Made by a program: the position numbers and the translations under genes. A stretch of DNA of 63,276 nt, counting the filler. It is 21 parts of 21 records of this genome, joined end to end, with 100 filler letters (N's around TTAATTAATTAA, not from the genome) between each part and the next. Parts side by side here need not be neighbours in the genome. Positions count along the whole stretch, not along the records: positions 1 to 2,892 come from SRR36015645_65704; positions 2,993 to 9,214 come from SRR36015645_65759; positions 9,315 to 12,590 come from SRR36015645_66913; 18 more parts are not named here. One strand, 5' to 3'. This document shows, one piece after another, positions 1-9,316 of the stretch (within the stretch, counting starts at the first letter, position 1; each line of letters starts with the position of its first letter). The notes beneath the pieces are model-generated. The model ran no database searches, was not told the origin of the DNA, and saw only the letters and a program-made list of their open reading frames with translations.

Positions 1-266
1 CTAGACCGGTGCTGGTTAAATTCAGGGAACTACAAACTAAGCTTTCTTTTCTCAAGAATCTGAATAAGCTGAAGGGAACTGAATTTGATGTACTTAGTGT
101 TGAGCAAGATATGTCCAAGAAAGACCGCACCTCTGCAAAGCAGCTAAGGGATGAGGCAAAAACCACTCAGGAAAGTGACCCATCGGGGGACTACGTGTAC
201 CGTGTGAGGGGAAAACCAGGTTCTCAGAAAGTCGTCAAGGTAAAAAAGAACGTTCAAAAAATGTAA
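1..266 (+). CDS. C-terminal part of LINE ORF1 (CR1/L2-group non-LTR retrotransposon), 5' truncated
   Basis: RPVLVKF...LSVEQDMSKKDR...YRVRG pattern typical of CR1/L2-type ORF1 C-termini; lies directly upstream of an EN-RT ORF. Confidence 0.7.
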   Translation, partial: RPVLVKFRELQTKLSFLKNLNKLKGTEFDVLSVEQDMSKKDRTSAKQLRDEAKTTQESDPSGDYVYRVRGKPGSQKVVKVKKNVQKM

Positions 267-301
267 AGATTAATTCATACGATAGGCATACTACTGTAAA
301 T

Positions 302-2892
302 AATCTGGTTGTCCTTTATACAAATGCAGATTCATTACTAAACAAGAGGCAAGAACTTATTAGTCGTTTAAGTGCTTTCGGTGAAAATAAACCTCACATA
401 ATAGCTATCACAGAAGTGAAGCCAAAGAATTTAAGATATGCTATACAAAAATGTGAATTACAGTTACCTGGTTATGATTTATACATGTGTAATATAGATA
501 GTGAAAATGGTCGTGGTATCATTGTTTACTGTGATGAGCGTCTAAAATCATGTGAAATTAATTTAGACTGTAGTTTCAAAGAAGTGCTATGTATTGAAGT
601 TGAATTATGTGAAAATAAGGTGGCATTGTTTGGGTGCTTATACCGAAGTCCGAGCAGTAGTGGTGAAAACAACGATAGCCTTTTATGTTTATTTGAATAC
701 ATAGACTCATTACAAAAATATTCACAGAAAGTGATATGTGGTGATTTTAATTTTCCAAACATAGACTGGAATGATTGGAGTACAAAAAGTTCTGCTAATA
801 TTGACAACAGATTTAAGAATCAAGTCAGAGATATTTTTTGGACGCAGCACATATCTAGTCCAACAAGAGCTAGGGGTTCTAATAACCCTTCCTTAATTGA
901 CTTGGTACTAACAAACCAAGAAGATAATGTTGATGATTTTGTGTTCAACAGTCCTTTAGGTAAGAGTGATCACTCGGTAATTTGTTTCAACTGGGTATGC
1001 AATGTGGCTGTTCCCGAAAACAATATCAGTAACAAAGTAATACTGGAAAAGGGAGACTATGAAAAATTTAATGAAATGATGAATAGAGATTGGCAACAAG
1101 AATTTAAGGAATGTCCTAATGATCCAGAACAACAGTGGCAAATTTTTCACTCATATTTCAAACAGGCTGAAGAAGTGTGCTTACCTGTTCGGACGTTTAG
1201 GCCAAATGATGGGGGCAAATGTTTTAAGTACGCTCTTGATAGAAAATCACTGGCACTTATACGGAAGAAACATTGTGCATGGAAACGTTTTATGGAGACA
1301 AGGGATGGTGAGAAATACAAAGAATACACAAGAATTAGGAACAAGGTACGGAATATTACGCGAAGGATACATCGGAATGCAGAGAAAGCTGTTGTAAAAG
1401 ATGTAAAGAGTAACCCAAAAAAGTTTTGGAAATTTGTAAACAAGAAAACTAAGTCACGCGATAAAATATCTGATCTTGAGTACGTAAACGAGCAGGGAAG
1501 TACAGTGAAAACCAAGGACAATAGTGAAAAAGCTGATGTTTTAAATGATTATTTTGGTTCAGTCTTTACAGAGGAAAATCCCAATGGAACACCAACCGCA
1601 ACTCCAGTGGATGGTTTGAACGACTCCTTGTCAAATTTACTTATCACGGAAGACATGGTGGCTAAGAAAATTGATAACCTACAGCCAAACAAATCTCCTG
1701 GACCAGATGGTATTCACCCGTATGTACTTAAGCAAGTCAGAAATAGCATCATTTTGCCATTGACTATTATTTTTAACTCAACACTAAGGACTGGAGTACT
1801 GCCAATTTCCTGGAAGGAGGCAAATATTACCGCCATTTACAAAAGAAAGGGTCTGAAAAAGTTGTCAAGTAATTACAGACCAGTCAGCCTAACCAGTATA
1901 ATTTGTAAACTGATTGAATCATTAATTCGTGATGAAATTATTTCTTTTATGAAAAGGAATAAACTTTTTAGCAACAAACAGTATGGCTTTATCTTTGGAC
2001 GGTCCACTACTTTACAGCTACTGAAAGTCTTGGATGATTGGACACGCATTTTGGACAGTGGAGGCAGCCTTGATGTAGTATATCTTGACTTCATGAAAGC
2101 CTTTGATACAGTACCGCATAGAAGACTTATTACAAAATTAGAATCCTACAATATTCAAGGTAACATTAAGAAATGGATTGAAAACTTTTTGACAAATCGG
2201 AAGCAAAGAGTCTGTGTTAATGGAAACCTTTCAGACTGGACAAGCGTAATCAGTGGTATCCCACAAGGTTCCGTGTTGGGACCAATCTTGTTTGTAATTT
2301 TTATAAATGATATAGTAGCAAACATTAGCTCGGACATTTATCTTTTTGCGGATGATACAAAAATATACAGAGAAATCAACACATCCGAAGATCAGCTTTC
2401 ACTACAAAATGACCTAAACACTCTGGATACATGGTCTGATACATGGCTGCTGAGGTTCCATCCTCAAAAATGTAAAGTAATGCATGTTGGTAACCAGAAG
2501 GTTGAAAATATGGACTACTCTATGTACGAATATCACTCGGACAATAGTAAAACGGCAGTATCACTTGACGTTATTAATGAGCTTGTAATAAATGATCGAT
2601 ACGAAAAAGATTTAGGAGTTATGACTGACCCCAAGCTGTCGTTCGAAATTCACATCAATACAAAAATAAAGAAGGCAAACAGTATAGCTGGCATCATTCG
2701 CAGAAATTTTTCGGAACTGGACACATCAACTTTACCTATTTTATACAAAGCTTTAATACGGCCACATCTGGAGTATGCAAATTCAGCTTGGCATCCGTAT
2801 CTTAGGAAACACATTGATTCTGTAGAAGCTGTGCAAAGAAGAGTTTCAAAGTTCATCCCAACCTTGAAAAGTCTAAGTTATGAAGAAAGGCT
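302..2892 (+). CDS. LINE ORF2: APE endonuclease + reverse transcriptase (CR1-like), 3' truncated
   Basis: The frame is open upstream of the listed start (LYTNADS...IAITEV). EN motifs YRSP, GDFN, IDLVL, SDH. RT motifs KSPGPDG, NYRPVSL, DFMKAFD, GIPQGSVLGP, FADD, EKDLGV. Confidence 0.93.
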
Positions 2893-2992
2893 NNNNNNNN
2901 NNNNNNNNNNNNNNNNNNNNNNNNNNNNNNNNNNNNTTAATTAATTAANNNNNNNNNNNNNNNNNNNNNNNNNNNNNNNNNNNNNNNNNNNN
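2893..2992. other. Artificial contig-joining spacer (first of 20): 44 N + TTAATTAATTAA + 44 N
   Basis: Identical 100-bp spacers at 2893, 9215, 12591, 14695, 16921, 20059, 22307, 24561, 28264, 31605, 34978, 37421, 39627, 43004, 47329, 49850, 52093, 54454, 56638 and 59415. The palindromic 12-mer puts TAA in all six frames, so ORF ends inside the spacers are artefacts. Confidence 0.98.
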
Positions 2993-3104
2993 TTTGCCAA
3001 CACAGCTTAATAAGGATATGGGACTGTAATTACTGATTACGTGTTTGTCATCTTTTTTGTGTATAGGCGTTATAGTGTATGCGGTTATGTCGCAATTTAC
3101 AGGG

Positions 3105-3194
3105 GAGTGAACCTTTCATATAGAATCTTGAAACTGTTACTTATTGACTTCTTTAGATCACATAGGACACAAAACCACCTGTTTCCAATTTTTT
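3105..3194 (+). repeat. Left imperfect terminal inverted repeat of the Academ element
   Basis: gagtgaacctttcatatagaatct...cctgtttccaatttttt matches the reverse complement of 9125-9214 at 72/90 positions, ungapped (hand count). Confidence 0.85.
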
Positions 3195-3550
3195 CCAGCG
3201 TGGATACGCACTGAATCCAAGATGGCGGCCATTTAACACGATAATCGCTTAATCGCCAACTATATTGCAGATTTGTAATGGATATAGTCGTCCAGTATAT
3301 CGTTTTATAGGTTTTTTGGTCACTGAATTCATTGAAGTACTTATATCATCAATCACACAAAGCATAAAGTGAATAATATGAGGTATAATTGGCGCCATAT
3401 GGCATGGCACACCCATAAATACCCAATGAACGGTACACAAATATCTGGGATATAATAATTATTATGTATATTCGTTCTATTTTGTTTTGATTCTTAGACA
3501 CCATGATTCCGTTTCTAAACATGTATTTTCTTTTCTACTTGCAGGTAATA

Positions 3551-6500
3551 ATGGCATCCGAAGCGGAACCTCTTGAGAAAAGGGCACGTACCGAACTAAA
3601 TTTCAAGCTGTGCATCAAATGTCAAACTTCAAATGAAGAGCAATTAAAGGAACCCCCACAGTCCCAAAAGCAATCAACATATGACAAATTTCTAACAGCA
3701 GTTCGCTCGAGAGCGCAGTTTGGAAACACAGACTTTATTGCTCTCAACGAAAAAGTTGGACAATTGACAGCACAAGATTTATGTGACAAACATGTTGTGT
3801 GGCACCGAACGTGCTATGCTATGAGCACAAATAAAGAACATATAATACGTGATGAAAAGCGCTACAACCGCGCGTGTGCAACATCCGATGTTACTCTCCT
3901 TAGTAGCCGAACCGTGGGGAGACCAACTGCTTCATCAACACTTAGTGCTACGGACGAAGAGCCAGTGTCTAAAAAGTACACCCGATCACAGTTATCTGCA
4001 TATGACAAAACAGAATGTTTCTTCTGTCAGGGTAAAATACAAGGTCCCTTGCACGAATGTCAATCAGCAAATACTGGAAAGCAGATAAAGGACATAGTAG
4101 ACAACTCCAACAACCAAGAATGGAAGGTTAGCTATGCCTCTGTTCTATCTGACAATGATGCGCTGTCACGTGATATTCTCTACCACAAGAAGTGCATCAC
4201 CGAACAGTGGCAGTTTCTGAAGCAGGGAAATTCTGCAGACAGTGGATCATGCCCTAAGCCAGATGACAGCTGCAATACAGATGCCAGTGGGGCGACAGTA
4301 CACCACATCACGGCTGAAATTGAATTCTTTGTCGAAATAGAAGATCGCATCAACGAGGGAGAATTTATTCCAATGGATGAAGCAGAAAAGCTATACTTAT
4401 CGAAGATGGAACAATACAACATCCAGTATGTCTCGAAGTTTTCTAACACCAAGTCCGAGCGGAGGTGGCTACGACAAAATATCGAGAAAAATGTTAATCT
4501 TGTTCAGTTTACACCATTACCAAAGAAGCCTACACTGATACATTCCAAAGCTGCACAAAATGCTGCAGTTGAGGAAGCTGTCAAGAACAACACATACGAT
4601 GACATGAAGAAGTTATTTGAAGCAAGCAGAGTCCTACGCAAATTGATCCAGGAAACAAAAAAAGACCCGTGGGTTTTCACCGGAACACTCGAAAATAGTG
4701 AGCAATGCATAGTGCCACAGGAGCTCCACAGCATGGTGCTTTGGATCATGAAAGGTACAACTACAGTTAAAACTGAAGCTCGTACACAAGAGTTGAATAG
4801 ATCTGCGTCAATCATCTCTCAGCAAATAGTACAAGCCCACAAATCTAATCGGCAACTCCTGTATGACCCAAAATCACCAGTGGCTGCGTTTCGATCGACA
4901 ATTGAAACTCCTATCACACTCGGCATCTCACTGTATTGTGACCACAAATGGCGAAGCCAGAAACTGTCAAATCTACTTTCACAAGCCGGTTTGGGAGTTC
5001 CATACCGACGCGTAAAGCAGTTGGTCGCTCAAATTGCGGAAGGGGTACAGATGAACATGGAGAAGAACGATGGAAACTATTTACCACCAGGGCTTCACAA
5101 AAAACGAAGATTGCGATTCTCAATTGACAACGTTGATGCCAAGGTTGATACCTGCGATGGCAGGAATTCTTTCCATGCAACGGCAATGGCTGTGTATCAA
5201 CGGGAACCCAGCATGGATGAAACCGTGGAGGTGGTCACAGAGTATGCAACCCCCACACACAACAAATCGGCAAGATCGTTGAAGGATGTCCCCATGACTG
5301 TCGTCCCACTGATTCCGAGCAACATAACAGGTTCTCCTAAACCTTCCACGAGTCCTTCTTATCCGAACTTCAAACTGGGGATGAATGAGGAACAGCTCAG
5401 AGGACCTGCATTTGATGACCTATCATGGCTGTTGGTACGCCATTACCATCGCAATCATGTCAATCCAGTTGTTGAGCTAGCTGAACCACACGACAGCTCT
5501 GGAGATGGTGAAGTGATTCATGTGCGACACCAACCTGTCCCTGTCTGGACAGCATACAATTCACTTCTGTGTAAGTCAGCATCCAACACTGAATCTATCA
5601 AACTGGACAAAGTGCATGCTCTGCCTCTCATAAATGCACCAGCTCATGAGTGGACGACCCTCACCACAGCCCTGATTCAGCTCTCTGATCTCAACAAACT
5701 GATGGGCCGAGACAATCAGGACAATGAGCCAATACTTGTGTGGCTAGATATGGACTTGTACAAACGAGTTAGAAAACTGAGCTTCCTGGATCTACAGTTC
5801 CAAGCCAACATAATCCCAAGTCCTGGTCCTTTCCATGTAGTTCTCTGTGCCTTGCGGTGCCTTGGAGCGACTCTTGAGAGCAGCGGTTTAGATGATGCAT
5901 GGATTGAAGCCGGCCTGTACAGTAGCGTGACTGTAGTACAGATACTGAACGGAAAGCACCACAACAGAGCCTTGGATGCTCACCAGATCACTCTGCAAGT
6001 TCTATTTGATTTGTGGATCGAGGAATTTTGCGAGCAACATCCAGTGCTCCTCAACAAACTGACGTCTGCAATAGAAGATGTGAGAACTGCATGTCAAAAT
6101 GGTCTGGATATAACTCAAGCTCATCGTGAATTGGTGAACTTGGCATCCGATCTGAAGCTGGTGGAAACGCTAGAAGCATTCGACCACGAGAACGAGAAGT
6201 ACCCGATGTACCAGTGGGCTCGTATGTATATGAAACAGGTCAACAACCTACTCCACTTTATGCGAGGTACCCGCGACCATAACTGGCTCTTGTACCTTGC
6301 CTCATTGGAAAAGATGTGCATCTATTTTTTCGCATATAACAGGCATGACTATGCACAGAACATTCCCGACTACATCGCACACATGTATCACCTGGAAAGC
6401 AGCCATCCCTCGATATGGCAAGAGCTCAAGAGTGGTGACTTTGTCGTCAGTACGAACCCTGTTGCATTCACATCCATTGGACCTGATCACGCACAGGAAC

Positions 6501-8527
6501 ATGTGAACAAGATCCACAAGGGTGAAGGTGCCATTTCTGGCTTAACCACCGATCCCCAGGGTCTGCTCAAATACTGCCTCAGCTCCCCAGAACTGGCAAG
6601 GCTGGCTGGAGAAACTGAGCGTATGCTAAACATATCAGATTCTATCCCAAAGAAGCACCACCAACACTCAGCATCTAAAACTGCACGACATGAAAAGGCT
6701 GTGAGACAACTCAAGGATGTCCTAGGCAGTGCCAACCCCTTCAATGCACCAGAACATGATGATGGATCTGAAATGAAGTTGGTCAATTTCGTCACCAAGC
6801 GAATAATGCCAACGGCAGTGCAGCGTGACATATTGGATATGGAGGTACGCGGACGCACAGCACTTGCAACATATGTTGATGAGAGGGTCAATGGAGACAA
6901 GAACATGTGGGACAAAATGTCGAAGCTCAAGTATCTCACCTGGAAGGATGGATGCAAAAGTATCAGTCTGAAGGCATCCTCCGAAGTAGTCAGCTTGAAA
7001 GCAACTAACTCCCTGTTCGTTCGCTTGCTGCTTGTTGCAAAGTCCTCACGAGAACTGGATCTGCAGGACATTGTGGGAACACATGAATTTGCCCATTACA
7101 ATGCAAGCCTAATGAGGCCCGATGGTTCTCTGCTAACCACTACAAGCAAGTCCACCCTAATCCATGAACTGGAAGGAGTGGTTTCGAGGACAGAAACTTC
7201 CGAAGAATCCATGGAAGAGCCGATCATCCCACGTCAATCAGCACATGTCTTGACCAGCATCATAATAGATGGCATGGCTCTCGTGCAGGAGATGGTTGTT
7301 CAGAAGGATGATATAAAGTGTTGCCGAGACCTGTCAGGCTGTTTCATTCGAAGTGTTGACAAAAAGTCGCGAGGCTACAGTGACATATACTTATTATTCG
7401 ATAACTACACTGTTACGAACTCCATGAAGGACAGAACGAGACAGCTCCGAACAGCAGGAAGAGCACAAGACAAGGGATACAAAATCGAAGATTCCACACC
7501 TATCAAAGACTTCAAGGTAGTCCTAGGATCCAAGGAAACCAAAGCCAACCTCGTGCTATACCTTGCACAAAAAGCTGTCCAGCTGTGCAAACTGCCGATC
7601 ACTACCCACACACACAAAGGTGTTATGTCTTCACAATCGAACATGGTGAACATTACAAGTACACAGGAGGAAGCCGACACGTTACTGGTCATGTATGCAG
7701 TAGCAGTGAGTAGTTTGGGTAATACACCACATATATACTCCTCTGACACAGATGTGTTGGTGCTCGCTCTGCGCAGGGTGCCAGACCTCAACACAGAGAG
7801 TCTCATCATCATGGGCTCTGGTGATCGACGACGGAAGATTAAACTCAAACCTATCTACATAGCCATTGGCGCAGATCGTGCAGCAGCTTTGCCAGGATTC
7901 CACGCGCTCACTGGATGTGATACCACTGGCCACATCCAGGGAAAGGGAAAACCTACTTGCTTCAAATCCTTCATGAAGACTAGTGATGACGTACTACATG
8001 CACTAGCTGGGCTTGGTGTTGGTGTGTATCCATCTGCGGAGGTGTTGGCTGGTTGTGAAAAGTTTGTGTGTCAGCTCTTCAAACCTGGTTATGAATCAAC
8101 TAAAGCACTACGGTGGCATATGTTCAAGCAACTCAAGGGCAACCAGGGTGTAGAGAAACTTCCTCCAACTCAAGGATCCTTAACAGAACACATTCTGCGA
8201 GCACACATCCAAGCTAACATTTGGGTGCAGGATACAGTAGCTGTTCCGAGTCTTCTAGATCCAGTATCGTTGGGATGGAAACAACTAGATGACGGACGTT
8301 GTGTTCCTGTGACATCGAAAGTTCCACCAGTACCAGAGGCTGTCGTCGGCCTCGTGAAGTGTTCATGTATTGCCAGCAAATGCAGTGGACGGTGTTCTTG
8401 CAAGGCCAATAATCTGTCATGCACAGAACTTTGCAAGTGTGAAGGTGCTGAAGAATCATGCACTAATGTTGCAAATGAGGAGACAGAGAGTGATGATGAT
8501 GATGATGACAACGACAGTGATGACTAA
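3551..8527 (+). CDS. Academ transposase: DDE-like domain + XPG/FEN-like PIN nuclease + C-terminal Cys-rich (CXC/tesmin-like) finger
   Basis: Transposase-like motifs SIDNVD, WLDMDLY, GPFH, DHAQE. XPG-like motifs IIDG, LFD, QEEADT, DTDV, FHALTGCD. C-terminal CSC..KC..RCSC.....CTELCKC. The ATG at 3551 follows a polypyrimidine tract + CAG acceptor (ends 3544), so it is more likely than 3503. Confidence 0.82.
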   Translation: MASEAEPLEKRARTELNFKLCIKCQTSNEEQLKEPPQSQKQSTYDKFLTAVRSRAQFGNTDFIALNEKVGQLTAQDLCDKHVVWHRTCYAMSTNKEHIIRDEKRYNRACATSDVTLLSSRTVGRPTASSTLSATDEEPVSKKYTRSQLSAYDKTECFFCQGKIQGPLHECQSANTGKQIKDIVDNSNNQEWKVSYASVLSDNDALSRDILYHKKCITEQWQFLKQGNSADSGSCPKPDDSCNTDASGATVHHITAEIEFFVEIEDRINEGEFIPMDEAEKLYLSKMEQYNIQYVSKFSNTKSERRWLRQNIEKNVNLVQFTPLPKKPTLIHSKAAQNAAVEEAVKNNTYDDMKKLFEASRVLRKLIQETKKDPWVFTGTLENSEQCIVPQELHSMVLWIMKGTTTVKTEARTQELNRSASIISQQIVQAHKSNRQLLYDPKSPVAAFRSTIETPITLGISLYCDHKWRSQKLSNLLSQAGLGVPYRRVKQLVAQIAEGVQMNMEKNDGNYLPPGLHKKRRLRFSIDNVDAKVDTCDGRNSFHATAMAVYQREPSMDETVEVVTEYATPTHNKSARSLKDVPMTVVPLIPSNITGSPKPSTSPSYPNFKLGMNEEQLRGPAFDDLSWLLVRHYHRNHVNPVVELAEPHDSSGDGEVIHVRHQPVPVWTAYNSLLCKSASNTESIKLDKVHALPLINAPAHEWTTLTTALIQLSDLNKLMGRDNQDNEPILVWLDMDLYKRVRKLSFLDLQFQANIIPSPGPFHVVLCALRCLGATLESSGLDDAWIEAGLYSSVTVVQILNGKHHNRALDAHQITLQVLFDLWIEEFCEQHPVLLNKLTSAIEDVRTACQNGLDITQAHRELVNLASDLKLVETLEAFDHENEKYPMYQWARMYMKQVNNLLHFMRGTRDHNWLLYLASLEKMCIYFFAYNRHDYAQNIPDYIAHMYHLESSHPSIWQELKSGDFVVSTNPVAFTSIGPDHAQEHVNKIHKGEGAISGLTTDPQGLLKYCLSSPELARLAGETERMLNISDSIPKKHHQHSASKTARHEKAVRQLKDVLGSANPFNAPEHDDGSEMKLVNFVTKRIMPTAVQRDILDMEVRGRTALATYVDERVNGDKNMWDKMSKLKYLTWKDGCKSISLKASSEVVSLKATNSLFVRLLLVAKSSRELDLQDIVGTHEFAHYNASLMRPDGSLLTTTSKSTLIHELEGVVSRTETSEESMEEPIIPRQSAHVLTSIIIDGMALVQEMVVQKDDIKCCRDLSGCFIRSVDKKSRGYSDIYLLFDNYTVTNSMKDRTRQLRTAGRAQDKGYKIEDSTPIKDFKVVLGSKETKANLVLYLAQKAVQLCKLPITTHTHKGVMSSQSNMVNITSTQEEADTLLVMYAVAVSSLGNTPHIYSSDTDVLVLALRRVPDLNTESLIIMGSGDRRRKIKLKPIYIAIGADRAAALPGFHALTGCDTTGHIQGKGKPTCFKSFMKTSDDVLHALAGLGVGVYPSAEVLAGCEKFVCQLFKPGYESTKALRWHMFKQLKGNQGVEKLPPTQGSLTEHILRAHIQANIWVQDTVAVPSLLDPVSLGWKQLDDGRCVPVTSKVPPVPEAVVGLVKCSCIASKCSGRCSCKANNLSCTELCKCEGAEESCTNVANEETESDDDDDDNDSDD

Positions 8528-9124
8528 TAACGTGGCAGATAACTATCATCCTGATACATGTATAATTGAGCATCCAATTTGATATGTGTATGAACACCAT
8601 TTTGTTTTCCCCATGTTTGTTAGATACATAACATTCCTTGGTAAATTACCGTAACACAAGTATGTTGATGAATGGTTTGATTTTTCTGTATATGGTGGCC
8701 ACCATCTTGGACTTATTCTAGGACATTAATCAACACATTGACAACTGCTTAAAGAAGTAACATACTTGATAGAAAAGAATATATTGTAATCATAAAAATG
8801 TCCTCAGCTTATTAGTATGCATGTACGTAAATAAATGGTTCAGATATAAAAAATATTTTTCGTATTTAATATCGTATATAATATCGTATTTTTCGAAATT
8901 TGATGGACGCCATCTTGGATGTTGTCAATGGATTTGTATGAAAACCTTGAATACAGTCTATTTCTTACAACCATATGTACATACAAATATATTGTAGTAA
9001 CAAGCATGTCTATAATAAGCTTATCATTGTGCATATATTGAATACTTTGGTTCAAATATAACGATTTATTGCTTTTTCCGTATATGCTGGCGGCCATCTT
9101 GAATTTTGCCACTGGACATGAATT

Positions 9125-9214
9125 AAAAAATTGGAAACAGGTTGTTTTGTGTTCAGTGTGATCATAGAAAGTAAAAAATCACAAGTTTCCAGATTCTATA
9201 TGAACCGTTCACTA
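9125..9214 (-). repeat. Right imperfect terminal inverted repeat of the Academ element
   Basis: Reverse complement tagtgaacggttcatatagaatct... matches 3105-3194; may be clipped by the fragment end. Confidence 0.85.
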
Positions 9215-9316
9215 NNNNNNNNNNNNNNNNNNNNNNNNNNNNNNNNNNNNNNNNNNNNTTAATTAATTAANNNNNNNNNNNNNNNNNNNNNNNNNNNNNN
9301 NNNNNNNNNNNNNNCT

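Larger units (their letters stand above)
3105..9214 (+). mobile_element. Near-complete Academ (XPG-type) DNA transposon
   Basis: A single large transposase-XPG-Cys ORF bracketed by ~90-bp imperfect inverted repeats; the right end coincides with the fragment end. Confidence 0.8.

Noticed and set aside
2937-2948. Regularly recurring TTAATTAATTAA as a CRISPR-like repeat or piggyBac TTAA target site
   Set aside because: It always sits at the centre of exactly 44+44 N; it is a synthetic linker.
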